In this document: positions 38,182 to 51,600 of the stretch, in pieces
Position numbering within the stretch: the stretch's first letter is position 1
Layout: each line of letters opens with the position of its first letter
Assembly (NCBI RefSeq): GCF_036365525.1
Contig: NW_027142279.1
Location: 62,001 to 126,000 of the forward strand
Length of the DNA stretch: 64,000 nucleotides
Reading direction: 5' to 3'
DNA from: Heterodontus francisci
Lineage: Eukaryota
Notes under the pieces: model-generated
The model's input: only the letters and a program-made list of their open reading frames with translations
Databases searched by the model: none
Told to the model about the DNA's origin: nothing
Translations under genes and position numbers: made by a program

Positions 38182-38807
38182 CCCAATCTTGCTGCACAGT
38201 AGTAGGTCGCAGTGTCTGTCGGCTGGGGGTCGCCCAGCTGCAGGGAGAATCGGTTGCTTGCAGAGTCATGTTGCACAGTGAACCGCTTCTCAAAGCCTGG
38301 CCCACAGCTGCCGTGCTCATTGCACATCCACTCTACTGCCTTCCCCTCCTGCCTGTACCAGTGCATGGTGTAGCTGCCCATGCTGGCTCCCTCCAAGCTG
38401 CAGCCGAGGGCGAGGGGCTTCCCCGGTCGAATAGAAGCCGCGGCTGGAGTCTGGACCACAGTGGGTGCAGACTGAACCCCTGGAACACATTCCATAAAAG
38501 AAAGTAATTCAGAATCATGGAAGGAAAATGGTAGCATAAATCATAAAATCTAACAGAATAGAAAGAGGCCGTTCTGCCCATCGTATCTGCGCTGGCTGTT
38601 TGAAAGAGCAATCGAGTTAGTCGCACTTGCCCCTGCTCCTACCCCATTGCCCTCCCAATTTCCCCGCTCCAAGCACTGATCCAATAGCCATTTGGGAGAT
38701 TACTATTGAATCTACTTCCTCCTGCTGAAGGGATAGCACTTACAAAAAATCCAATGTCCAAGCAATAAGATGACCAAGATTGAGATGTTTTTAGCTGAGA
38801 CTGCCAT
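38182..38807 (-). CDS. Antigen-receptor V segment V9, TCR-delta-like: leader 38744-38807, V exon 38182-38479; open
   Basis: Leader MAVSAKNISILVILLLGHWIF|WVQS; VVQTPAAASIRPGKPLALGCSLEGASMGSYTMHWYRQEGKAVEWM...GPGFEKRF...DSASNRFSLQL...DTATYYCAAR. Confidence 0.85.
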
Positions 38808-39089
38808 CGCCCTTCTCAGAAGCAGAGAGGCAGCCCTTACTGAGCAACAAGCCAGCGCCTGGTAAATGGAAATGCCACCGGTTGTGATGAAGAGAGTGGA
38901 ACGATTGGCCGCCCATCCTGTACCTCGACTACGCCTGTCAGCAGAGTGAACAAATGAGGAGCACTTCCCTCGGCAGCATTGCTGTTATTTTTGCAGATTC
39001 CTGCAAGCCCCTTAGCCCGACTTTCTCTCTTCCCTTCCCAACATTCCCACCTTTCCTTCCATGGAATATTGCCTTATTTTTTGATTGGT

Positions 39090-40545
39090 CAGGAACGTGC
39101 TGACCATGTGAAAGATAGGTAGGAAAACAAATTGTGAGGAGGGCACAAAGAGTCTGCAGAGGGATATAGATAGGTTAAGTGAGTGGGCAAAAAATTGGCA
39201 GATGGAGCATACTGTGGACAAATGTGAGCTTGCCCACTTTGGCAGGAAGAATGGGAATTCAGAATATTATTTAAATAGAGAGAGACTGCATGTCTCGACA
39301 GGACAGAGGGATCTGGGGTCCTGGTACGTGAATCACAAAAAGTCAACATGCAAGTACAGCGAGTGATTAGGGCGGCAAATGAAATGTTGTTGTTTATTGC
39401 AAAGGGAATAGAATATAAAAGTAGGGAAGTGTTGCTACAGCTGTACAGGGCCTTAGTTAGACCACATCTGGAGTACTGAGTAAAGTATTGGTCTACGTAA
39501 TTAAGAAAGGACATAAATGCATTGGAATTAGTTCAGAGAAGGTTCACTCGGCTGATACCTGGAATGAAGGGGTTGTCTTATGAGGAAATGTTGAGCAGTT
39601 TGAGCCGATACCCACTGGAGTTTAGAAGAATGAGAGGTGATCTTACTGAGACATGTAATAATTTAAGGGTGATTGACAGCTTGGAAGCCGAGAGGATGTT
39701 TCCCCCTGGTGGGCGAATCTAGAACTAGGCAGCATAATTTCAAAATAAGTGATTGGCAGATGGAGTAAAATGTGGGGAAGAATGAGGTTGTTCACTTTGG
39801 TTGTAAGAATATAATTTTTTACAAGGCGCGAATCTTCCCGATGTTGATGTTCAGAGAGGCTTGGGTGTCCCCGTACATGAGACTCAGTAAGTTCACATGC
39901 AGGTGCAGCAAGAAATGAGCAAGGCAAATGGCCTGTTGGCCTTTATTGCAAGTGGGATTGGAGTACAGGAATAAGGAAGTCTTGTTACAATTGGCCAGCG
40001 CTTTGGTAAGATCACACCTGCTTTACTGTACACAGTTGTGGTCTCCATATCCGAGGAAGGCTACACTTGCCTTGGTGGCAGTACAACGAAGGGTCACTCC
40101 ATTGGTTCCTGGGATGAGAGGTTTGTCCTATGATGAGAGAGCCTGTAGTCTATGGAGTTTAGAAGAATGAAAGGTGATCTCAGTGAAACATACAAGATTC
40201 TGAAGGTGCTTGACTGGGTAAACACTGAGAAGTTGCTTCCCCTGGCTGGGGAATCTATTTCAGCCTCAGGATAAGGGGCCAAGCATTTGGGACTGAGATA
40301 AGGAGAGGTTTCTTCACTCAAAGGGTGGTAAATCTTTGGAATTCTCTACCCTCGGGGGTGGTGGATGCTCCATTATTGAATATATTTCAGGTTGTGATAG
40401 ACAGATATGTGGTCACTCAGGGACTGAAGGGATATGGGGAGCGGGTGGAAAAGTGGAGTTGAGTTCGAGGATCAGTCATGATGGAATTGAATGACAGAGC
40501 AGGATCGACGGGCCGAATAGTCCACTCCTGCTCCGATTTCTCATG
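39090..40545 (+). mobile_element. Two tandem CR1 LINE 3' fragments
   Basis: ELVQRRFTRLIPGMKGLSYEE...RRMRGDL; LEYRNKEVLLQL..ALVRSHL. Confidence 0.8.
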
Positions 40546-41443
40546 TTATTCTAAAATCTAGTCATTTGATTCATGATGATTCCATTAACACAATCGAAAA
40601 ACCCGTTAACTTTTACTGCAGGCTCTTTACATCAGTCTTCACCCTTCAATGATCTGACCAGAATAATTCTCTGCTGACCTTTTTCAGTGTCTTCCCTGCA
40701 AGTGATACTTGGATTCATTTCTGGCCCCATCAACGTACATAACACAACATTTGCCTAAATTTAATGCCAGTTGCCATTGTGTGGCCTAATCCCCTGCCAC
40801 AGGTAAATCACTTTGGATTCCACAGGACCCCTCTACTGTCTTAACCCGTGCACAGATTTTAGTGACATCTGCAAACATTCTTTTATTACTTCATTGGACG
40901 TGGGAGTCACTGGCCAGGCCAGCAATTATTGCCCATCCCTAATCGCCCTTGAGAAGGTGGTGGTGAGCTGCCTTCTTGAACCGCTGCAGTCCATGTGAGG
41001 TGGGTACACCCACAGTGCTGTTAGGAAGGGAGTTCCAGGATTTTGACCCAGCGACAGTGAAGGTACAGCAATATAGTTCCAAGTCAGGATGGTGTGTGAC
41101 TTGGAGGGGAACTTGCAGGTGGTGGTGTTCCCATGCATTTGCTGCACTTGTCCTTCCAGATTGAGGTCGCGGGTTTGGAAGGTGCTGTCGAAGGAGCCTT
41201 GGTGCGTTACTGCAGTGCATTGTGAAGCTGGTACACACTGCTGCCACTGTGCGTCTGTGGCGGAGGGAGTGAATATTTAAGGTGGTGTTTGTTTAGTTAG
41301 ATTCCCCCAGCTGCTGTGGTGGGATTTGAACTCTTGTGCTCTGGATCATTCGGTCGAAGCCTCAGGATTACTAGTCCCAGTAACATAACAGCAATGCTAC
41401 CATACCCCCAGAGACTGGGGTAAGGTGTATTACACAATTCCCA

Positions 41444-41482
41444 AGTTTTTGCCGTGTTTCCTTGCATTCTAGTTGCACTGTG
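41444..41482 (-). other. 23-RSS of V10 (CACAGTG-23-GCAAAAACT)
   Basis: Heptamer 41476-41482, nonamer 41444-41452. Confidence 0.9.
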
Positions 41483-41764
41483 TGTATCCTAGTGAGCCCC
41501 GCAGTAGTAAGTGCTGTTGTCTTGGAGCCAGGAGCTTTTCAAGGACAGAGGGAAAGTGTTGGCCTGAGTCTCGTGCTGGGTTTCAATCCTTTTCCTGTAG
41601 TTCGATGCAGAAAGTACACTCTATCTGATCCATTCCAGGCAGTCACCAATCTGCAATTACCAGTCCAAACAACACTCAGTCATGTTGCCCTGCCCAATGC
41701 TTCTGTGGAACGTGGGTTCCTCCACGGGAACCAGAGCATTGACCACTGGGGACTGGAGAACCAT
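41483..41764 (-). pseudogene. Decayed V pseudogene V10, related to V9
   Basis: Single frame MVLQSPVV...GNMTECCLDW*LQIGDCLEWIR*...RKRIETQHETQANTFPLSLKSSWLQDNSTYYCGAH*; three stops; first Ig Cys lost. Confidence 0.78.
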
Positions 41765-43261
41765 CTAACATCTAACAAGATTCTTCACACAGTATGGCAG
41801 ATCAATGGGGAGAGAACGACAGTGGGCCACAGGGAGGGACAGAGGCAAAAGCAGAAGAGAGGGAATAAGAAGGAGACAAATTATTCTTCTAGAGTCACGC
41901 TGCTACATTCACACTTATATTTGCTCCACAGGTTAAGCCCAATTATAAATCAGATTTATTACATTGATAAAACTATAAATGCACCAAACTCGGAAGGATG
42001 AATACAAACCAATTCAGTCTGCATCTGAGAAAAAAGAAAATTGGTAATGTTTAATGATGATACTCTGTCAGAATAATCCGAACTGCTGTTCACATCAAGG
42101 AACAGTAAATTATTTCAATTTGGTTGACGAGGAGATTATGTATAGCAATGCATAAAGTAACTATTACGAACATTAATGTCATCAACAATGGGACCAAATG
42201 GGGACAGTGGCGTTTCCTGTCTTAAAACTGGAAAGCAGGAATATGGAAAGCAGATCTCAAAATACTTTGAGATTCTTTTCAGAGGTGGAGGCTCGTTATA
42301 AGCAGTGTGATCAAACCGCCCCTGCTGCTGTGGAAACTGCAGATAGGTCAAATAACCAGTGTCACTGGCGTTGTATTCCTTGCAGAGCACCCTCTGACCA
42401 CATCATACCAACAAAACCTTAGAGGGGAACAGAGCCGGACAGGCAGAGGCCATCCCGGGGAACCCCACATAGGGAGAAATAAAGAGAGAATGAGAGAGAG
42501 AGAACAACTGGGAGGGAGCAAGGGAGAGGTAGACTGAGGCAAAGACAGAGAGAGAGAGACTGACTGATCAACAAAGCCACTGAGAGATGGAATGATTCAG
42601 GGAAAATTAGTTCGAAAGAGAGAGAGAGAGAGAGATTGAGAGAACGAGTGACAGATAGAGAGAATGAGGCAATAGGAGGTGTAGAGACAGACAGGGAGAG
42701 ACAGAGACAGAGCGAAACAGAGACAGGAAATGAGAGGAGATAGGCAGAATTAATTAGAGACAGAGAGACAGAATGAGACTGAGTGCGTGTGAGAGAGAAA
42801 TAGAGACAGACAGCAAGAGAAAGCGTGGAAATGAGAGGCGAGAAAGAGAGGGGAAGGAAAGAAGAGAGTGAGATAAAGAGGGAGAATGAGAATGGGTGTG
42901 TGTGTGAGAGACAGAAAGAGCAACAGAGCTGAGAGGAAATGAGAGAAGGAAAGAGAGACAGGGATAAAGAAAGAGAATGAGAGTGAGTGTGTGTGAGAGA
43001 GGAAAGATAACAAGAGCAACAGAGACAGAGAAACAGGCATGAAGAGAGAGAGAAAGGAAACAATTTTACAGAACAATGTAAACGATGTTTTTTATAATCA
43101 ATATTGGTGAAGTCTGATGTGTTTCCTGGTCCTAGCTCGCCATCTGCTGTCCCCCTGGAGGAGAAAACACCCCAAAAATACAAAAACAACTGCAGCAGAA
43201 AAAAACACTAACAATTTCAACAATAACTTCAACAGTAAAAATAAAAGCACCAATGAAAAGG

Positions 43262-43530
43262 ATGGTACAGTGGCCCAGTTGTTAGCACCGCAGCCTCATA
43301 GCTCCAGCGACCCAGGTTCAATTCTGGGGACTGCCTGTGTGGAGTTTGCAAGTTCTTCCTGTGTCTGCGTACTTTCCTCTGGGTGCTCCGGTTTCCTCCC
43401 ACATGCCATTATAAATTGCCCGTGGTATAGGTAGGTGGGAGGGAAATACAGGGACAGGTGGGGATGTGGTAGGAATATGGAATGAGTGTAGGATTAGTAT
43501 AAATGGGTGGTTGGTGGTCGGCACTGACTT
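43262..43530 (+). mobile_element. Same SINE family, 3'-truncated
   Basis: High similarity to 27041-27340. Confidence 0.8.
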
Positions 43531-43929
43531 GTCGACTCAAGCAAGTGATTCAGGTTTGCACAACGCCTCCCTCCCTGATGGGGAACCCACGCCCCTCTCT
43601 CTACCATTGGCTGCCAGTAGTTGCTGTTGCAAATGTTGGTATCATTCTGCTGCTGAGGTTGTTGTTGTATTTGCTGGTGTTTTCCTCCGGCTGAGGTTGT
43701 TGAATTTGTTGGTGTTTGAATCTCCTGCTGATCTGTTGTTGAATTTGTTGGCCTTGTTCTCCTGCTGAGGTAGTTGTTGTGTTGGTTGGTGTTTTCCCTG
43801 CTGAGGTTTTTGTTGTACTTGTTGTTTTCTTCCCTGCTTAAATTGTTGTTCAATTCGGTTTTTGCATGCTGAGGTTGTTGTTGTATTTTTGGTGTTTTTC
43901 TTTCCCTGCTGAGGTTATTTTCTCTTTTT

Positions 43930-45035
43930 TAATTCATTCATGGGATTTTGGGCGATGCTGGTTGAGGTCAGCATTTATTGTCCATCCCTAATTGCCCCTT
44001 CAGAAGGTGGTGGTGAGCTGCCTTCTTGAACCACTGCAGTCCATGTAGTGTAGGTACACCCACAGTGCTGTTAGGAAGGGAGTTTCAGGATTTTGACCCA
44101 CAGTTAGTGAAGGAACAGCCGATATAGTTCCAAGTCACGATGGTGTGTGACTTGGAGGAGAACCTGCAAGTGGTGGTGTTCCCATGCATCTGCTGCCCTT
44201 GTCCTTCGAGGTGGTAGAGGTTGCGGGTTTGGAAGGTGTTGACGGAGGGAGCCTTGGTAATTGCTGCAGTGCATCTTGCAGATGGTACACACTGCTGACA
44301 CTGAGCATCAGTGGTGGAGGGAGTGAATGTTTGTAGATGGGGTGCCAATCAAGCGGGCTGCTTTGTCCTCGACGGTGTCGAGCTTCTTGAGTGTTGTTGG
44401 AGCTGCACCCATCCAGGCAAATGGACAGTATTCCATCACACTCCTGACTTGTGCCTTGTAGATGGTTAACAGGCTTTGGGGAGTCAGGAGGTGAGTTACT
44501 GGTTGCAGGATTCCTAGCCTCTGACCTGCTCTTGTAGCCACAGTATTTATATGGCTACTCCAGTTCAGATTCTGTTCAATGGCAATCCCCAGGATGTTGA
44601 TAGTGGGGGATTCAGCGATGGTAATGCCATTGAATGTCAAAGGGAGATGGTTATATTCTCTCTTGTTGTAGATGGTCAATGCGTGGCACTTGTGTGGCAC
44701 GAATGTTACTTGCCACTTATCAGCCCAAGCCTGGATGTTGTCCAGGTCTTGCTACATCTGAACACAGGCTGCTTCAGAATCTGAGCTGTCACGAATGATG
44801 CTGAACATTGTGAAGTCATCAGTGAACATCCCCACTCTGACCTAATGATTGAAGGGAATTTCATTTATGAAGCCGTTGGAGATGGTGGAACAGGACGTAC
44901 CCGGGGATGGCGATAGCGAGGTCTGCGACATTGTCTGTAAGGCATGATTCCCTGAGTTTGACTATGTCAGGTTGTTGCTTGACAGCTCTCCCAACCTTGG
45001 CACAAGGCCCGAAATGTTGGTAAGGAGGACCGTGC
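43930..45035 (-). mobile_element. LINE RT fragment
   Basis: HLPLTFNGITIAESPTINILG...IYKAQVRSVMEY. Confidence 0.8.
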
Positions 45036-48024
45036 AGATTCAACATGTTGTTGCATCTGCTGCTGTGTTTCACCTGCTGAAGTTGTCTTTGTTGCTTTTC
45101 TCCTCCTGACGCACTTCTTGAATTCTGTTGGTGTTTTTTTCTCCTCCTGACATTGGTTGGTGAGCTTTTTTTTGCCAACGTTGCTTCTGAATTTGTTGGT
45201 GTTTTCCCTCGCTGAGGCTGTTGTTGCATTTGTTGATGCTTTTCGTGCTGAGGTTTTTATTGCATTTGTTGTATTGCCCAGAGGAGGTTACAGAGATAAG
45301 GAGGGTTGTTGGGCTGGAGGAGGTTACAGTGATAGGGAGTATTGTAGGGGCTGGAGGAGGTTACAGTGATAGGGAGTATTGTAGGGGCTGGAGGAAGTGA
45401 CAGAGAGAGGGAGGGATGTAGGGCTCGAGGAGGTTTCAGAGATAGAGAGGATTGTCGGGGCTGGAGGAGGTTACAGAAATAGGGAAGCTTGTCGGGGGCT
45501 GGAGGGGGTTACGGAGATAGGGAGGGTTGCATTACCTTAAGCAGGATACAGACATAGGGAGGATTGGAGGGGCTGGAGGAGGTTACAGAGACAGGGATAA
45601 TTGTCACTGTTCATCGAGTGTACTCAGTGTTAACCCCAGTATCATTCTGGTGAATCTCAGCTGTATCTGGACTCAGGCAAACAGCTGCTTGTTGAGGAAG
45701 GTGCCCAGACTGTGTGCAATATTCCAGATGTAGTCGAACCAGAGCCTCCTACAACTGTGGCATTACCTCCAAACCCTTTGTATTGTAGCTTCTTCCATTA
45801 ATCACACGTTCCACAATGCATGACTGGATGCACGCATACACCACACACACACTCCCAACTCTCTCTCTCTCCCACCCCCTCTCTCTCCTCAGTTTGTTTG
45901 ACTATGTTGTTAGTTGTGCATCTTTGTCCTTCAGCTGATCTTATCTGTGCCTCTGATATGAAGAGTCTATTGTTCTCAGTCCTTGACAAACACAACAGCT
46001 TCCTGCTTTGCAAAAGTTGACATTTACCTAGTTGACACACGGCACAACATTCAAATCTGTTAGTCCCAGGGAATGCAAATATCAAAGCCGGCTCAGAAGT
46101 GTTAATGAGTCCATTGTGGGACTGAATGAATATCTGACAACCTGGCATGGACACAGGGGCACTGACAGAATCAGCAATCCAGAGAGAATGGAAACTGTGG
46201 AAACTATCAAGGACTAGGCGTTGGACATGGGCTGGTTGGAACTGAGATGCACATTCAGACGCCCCTTTTCACAGGCAGTGTAACATTGAGTAACAATGTG
46301 CTTCAAGGTGATTGTGATTACTGAGGGGACAGTGACATTGTGAATCTGTCACAGGAATATTATCTGGAGCCCTGGACTGACTGCACTGCCCAATGTGCTA
46401 ATGATCTAACAGAGAAATGTGGGGACAGACGAATCCTACCCCATCAGAAACAAATCCTAGAATAGTACAACAGAGGGAGGCCATTCGGCCCATCGAGGGT
46501 TTGTCATCTCTTTCGAAAATCAACCCAGTTAATCCAACTCCGCTCTCTTTCACCATTTCCCTCAATTAATTCCCCTTCAAGTATTGAGCCAATTCCCTTT
46601 TTGAATAATACCATTGAATTTCCACCACCCTATCAGACATTGCCCTCCAAATCCAAACCACTCATGATATTAAAAAACATTTATCCTCATGTCACCTCTG
46701 GTACCTTTGCCCATCACATTAAAGCTGTGCCCTCTGGTGATCTATCGAATCTCCCCTTAACCTTCTCTGCTCTCAGGAGAAAGTCCCTTTCTAGCCCAGT
46801 CTTTTTACTTGACTGAATTTCCTCACCAACTGAACCATCCGAGAAAATCTCTTCTGCACCCTCTCCAAAGCCTACAGGTGTTTCCTAAAGTGTGGTGCCC
46901 AGAATTGTTCCAACAGGGACCGAACTGGTGTTTTATACAGGTTTGGCATGACTCCCGGAGTTTTGTACTCGACCTCTCTATTTACAAAGCCCAGACTGTA
47001 ATATGATTTATTAATCGCTTTCTCAACCTACCCTGTCACCTTTAAATATTCCTGCACAAGCACCCCCAGGTCTCTCTGTTCTTGCACCACTTCACAAATT
47101 GTTTTGTTTCATCTCTCCTCATTCTTGCAGTCAAAATCAAACATATCAAAGACTAATCCCACCCATATCTGGGACAAATTACCTGCTTATTATTATTCGG
47201 TCAGTCATGGACAATGGTCTGCCAGTAACTCTATAAAGTTTACATGCAACACTTTTCCTTCCAAAAAACAACATCCTCGGTGGTTCTTGTATTGGAGTTT
47301 ATACCTGAAGCCCACTGCTATCTCAATGTTGGCAGTTGAGGAGCAGTCAGTGACTGAGACATTAACATCTGGTCAGGGACCCCTCACAATATCCCATGTC
47401 CTGAATACTCAAACACTCTCTCACTGAGAAATTTATGTCCTCCTCATTCTGGTTTGTATGTGTTACTAACGCTGTATCTGTGCTATTTCGGAGATGGTAT
47501 CACTGTCGCTGATGTGAGGATTTCATTGTTCTCATTCTGTGACTATATTCTGAAAAACACAATCATTTACTTTAACCCCATCGACCTCAAGGAGGAAAAT
47601 GGAAGTCCGATCATTTGTCTCTCTGGAACATCTTGTTTCTCTGCCCCCTCTCATCATCCCCCCAATACTGACCCACTACTGATAAGAGAGGCATGTCTCC
47701 TGTGAATATTCTCTCCCTAATACTTAGTGCCTATGAAAGATCAAATATACACAGCCAACTGGCAAATACTAACTTTAATATTCAGAGTCCCTGTCCCAGG
47801 CTCCAATCTCCCTCCACCCTCCCTGTTGGGTAACTGAAGACAAGTTATGTTACAATAACAAAGCTCCGTGGGTTAGCATGGGCCCAGGAGAAATATTAAT
47901 GTTGTTTAGTAAGGCAGATAGTTTCACCAAAAGGCCTTCGTTTGCATAGATTATGTCATATCATTCATCATGACTAAATGTAAATATTTCAGCCAACCAG
48001 CACTGCAGTCAATCCGCCGTGGTG

Positions 48025-48154
48025 TATATAGGGGTTGGAGCTGTCACTGAGATTGACACTGTTCACAGCAGAGTGGACCCGAGACTGAGGAGCAAGCAGC
48101 TGGAATTGAACCGACAGCATCTCCCACCCAGCGACATCTACTTTGGAGACTTTG
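48025..48154 (+). promoter_or_regulatory. Candidate TATA box (TATATA 48025-48030) and non-coding first exon ending at donor 48154|gtaagc of the D8C gene
   Basis: TATA-like element followed by a strong donor; the ATG exon has an acceptor at 48601. Confidence 0.4.
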
Positions 48155-48617
48155 GTAAGCAGTCGGGTATGGGAGGCCTGTCAGAAAAAGCAAAGGAGTT
48201 TGTCACTTGCTAGGTGTTGACCCAGGGGGTGTGTGTCCTGCTTCTCCTGAAACAACACCATCTTCAGTCATAACCTTTGCCAGAAATTCAAAGAGGTTTG
48301 TTACAGGGATGCAGGAGACAGACCTGGAGGAGAGAGTCAGGAACACATGCAATTATTCATAAAAGCTTTGGAGAGTGGAAAGGGTGAAGGATTGGAGTCA
48401 AGTTCCTGATGTTTAACAAGAACATGTAGCTGAGCTCACCTCTGTCTGTAAGAGTCCCAGTGAGAGAGAGATAATTAGATGGAGCTCACCACTCTGAACA
48501 GATATACTGACGAACTCCTCGGCAACTCCCTATTTAATATTCCCTCCAATTCCCTACTCGGTAATCTCTCTCAAATGTTTGTCTTGTGTTTCCCTTTCCA
48601 GAATCTCAGCCAGTAAG

Positions 48618-51600
48618 ATGTGGACTCTGCTGATCATTCTGGGTTACCTGAGTGAGTAACTTTCATTCTCGACAAAGTTCACCCCCAGTACAACTAGAAC
48701 AAGCTGTGTTTATTCAAACCGTTACATAGAATAATATCCCAAGATGTTCCACAGAAATCTGATTGAAGAAATGTCTGACACGGCAGGGAAGGAGATGATT
48801 GGAGGTCTGACTGTTAGTTTAAAAGAGCAGACGGAGGTGGAGAGGCAGAAAGGTTTAGGAGGCTGGACATCTTGAAGCCACATCAGACACTGCTGGAGGA
48901 AAGGGAGTGGAGGGAAGTTCTACAGGAGGCTTGGGTCAGAGAAACAGAGAGTTGGTGAAGATTACAGAAATGTGGTGGGAGAGGGCGGGAGAGGTCATGA
49001 GAGAATTTGAACAGGAAGATGGAAATTGTACATCAAAGGCGTTTGCAGCTGTGAACCAATGTGGGTCAGAGAGCACAGGGGTGATGTGTGACTTAAACTT
49101 TCTGCAAGATAACATACAACAAGCAGTGTGTTGGAGGAGACCTGACTTCTGGAAAGTGGAAGCTGGGAGGCTGGCCAGGAGTGGATTAGAAGATTTGATT
49201 CTCCAGAAGGTAGAGGGTTTTTGGTAGAGGATTGGCTGAGGCAAAATCTGTGATGGTGGATATTAAGGAGGTTGTAATTGGATGTCCTTGTGATGAGGAG
49301 GCGACAGGGAAGGAAGCTGGGCACAGTCAGAAGCTGATGAGAAATTGGAGAGGGACAAGATAGATTCTCGGGATACGCTAGAGGTAGCAGTGCTGGAGTG
49401 GGTAGGGAAGACACTGCAGGAGATTCTCTGGCTGAGACTAGACTGGGTTGAGTGGAAATAGGCCAGAGCAGTTCCACCCAGCTGGACATGGAAGGAGAGG
49501 TGTTGGCGATGGATAGTGTGGTGAATTGTGTCAAAGACTGCCGACAATTCGAGAAGGATGATCAGAAACAGTATTCCTGACTTGGCTCTTGCAGCTTCTC
49601 TGCTGCTCAAACCCTTTAGCAGTACTTTGGTACCTCTAGACTTGACTATTCCAAAGATCTCCTGGCTGATCTCTCACATTCCACCTTCTGTACATTTTGG
49701 TCATCCAGTATGATACTGCCCAAGTCCAGTTCACCTTTCATCTCCGTGCTCACTGACCTACACTGGCTCCCGGTTCAGCAAGGCCTGGATTTCAATATTC
49801 TCACAATCGTTTCCAGATCCTTCTATCACCTCGCCGTTCCCTACCGCTGAAATCATCTCCAGCCCCACAACCCTCGGAGATCTCTGCGCTCCTCTAATTC
49901 AGGCCTCTTGAGTATTCCCGATTCGAATCCCTTCCACCATTGGCAGCTGTGCCTTCACCTGCCGAGGCTTAACGCTATGGAATTCTCTCCCTCAACTTCT
50001 CCGTCTCTCCACCTCTCTTTCCTCCTTTCAGACACTCCTTAAAACGTACCTATTTGACATAGCATTTGGCCACCTGCCCAACCAGCTGCTTCTGTGGATT
50101 GGTGTCAGTTCGGGATGGTAACACACCGATGAAGTGCTTTGGGACATTTTATTACATCAAAGGCAGTACATAAACGCAGGTTGTTGTTGGTTTTGAGACT
50201 ACACGTTCCCTCTGCAGGACCCACCAGTCACACTGGGTCGCTTGTGCTCCACCTGGCAGTTCTCGCTCCTCCTCCACTTTACATCTTTCCTACTGGGATG
50301 AAGTGAAGCTGAGATATTTACTGCTTTCTGTTACCTGAGAGCTGGTGGTTAATCTAGAATAGGGAGGACTGTCTGTGAGCAGTGAGTTAGAGGGGGAGGC
50401 TGAGCTGGGAGACAGATGGAAACCCAGTTTAGAGAAGGAGGACATTTTCCAGCTTTAATCTGGGGGGTTTTGACCAGGGCAGAGGGTGAAACTGAGATTA
50501 TTGGTATTTCGGGAGGGTACAAGGCGCTGTGTAACATTAACTGCACTTTATATTAACATTAAACATCTTTCTGTCACTCAGTCACAGACTCCACACTCAC
50601 TGACCCGTGTGTAAATCACACAGTCCTGGACCAGCCCTGGAGGAGCATCGATTGTGATGTCACTGTGGGCTCCGGTCAGGAGAAGTGTGATGATAATCTT
50701 GCTCAAGGATGGTACAGATTTAAAAGGTAATGTAAAGGAACAAATTCTGGGTAAATCAGTTAATGAGGGAGGAGTAATGGATTTCCCCCAGTTTCTGGCA
50801 CTATCTGTTGTTACCAGTCTCTCTAACAGTTAATATTTACCATCAGTTCAGGGACTGACTCTGTGATTAACTGTTTCAGTTCTGGTGGATGGAAGATTCC
50901 GGACACTGTTGTCCCAGATTTTCACTGCTCCACACGTGCCACAGGCTGGTTACAGGGTAATTTCCGTCTTAAAAATATCAGATTTACATTCACTGTCCAG
51001 CACTGTTCACGTGGGTTACCTTCTTCAATATTTATAAACTCTCATTTCAGGTTCCCATCCTAGTGTGGGACAGGGGGAAGTAACGAGGACAGTTTGTTTT
51101 AACAAGGCTGGAAATCGCTGTCACTGGACCCAGGAAATAAAGATCATAAACTGCAGCAGTTATTTTGTTTATGAGTTGAAGCCTCCACCCGACTGTAACG
51201 CTGCTTATTGTACAGGTAGATTGCTGTTTGTATATGGTGCAGATGGGTGATTCTGGGATGTCCCGTGTCACCCATGGGAATGAGACAGTTTACTCACTGC
51301 CCTCCTTTTTGTAAGGGACACAGTGAATAAAGGATCTGTAAAACAGAGTGAACTCTTCACTAAAACTCTAGGGAACTGAACCAGACGCTCGCTGTCTGGA
51401 GAGAGGGCTGGCATGTCTGGGTAGTATTCTGTCAGGTCTGCAATTGAGGAGATTCAGGTTTTCTGGTGAGTGTCAGACACAGCAGCAGGATCCTGACAGA
51501 CTCTATGTGAAGGGCAGTCACTCTCACCTCACCTCTTGAGTTCAGCTCTTTTGTCCATGTTTGAACCACACTGTAATGAGGTCAGGAGCTAAGTGACCCT

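Noticed and set aside
47104-47427. ORF with faint Ig-like words (IKFTC, W, LTISHV)
   Set aside because: No second Cys motif, RSS or exon partners.
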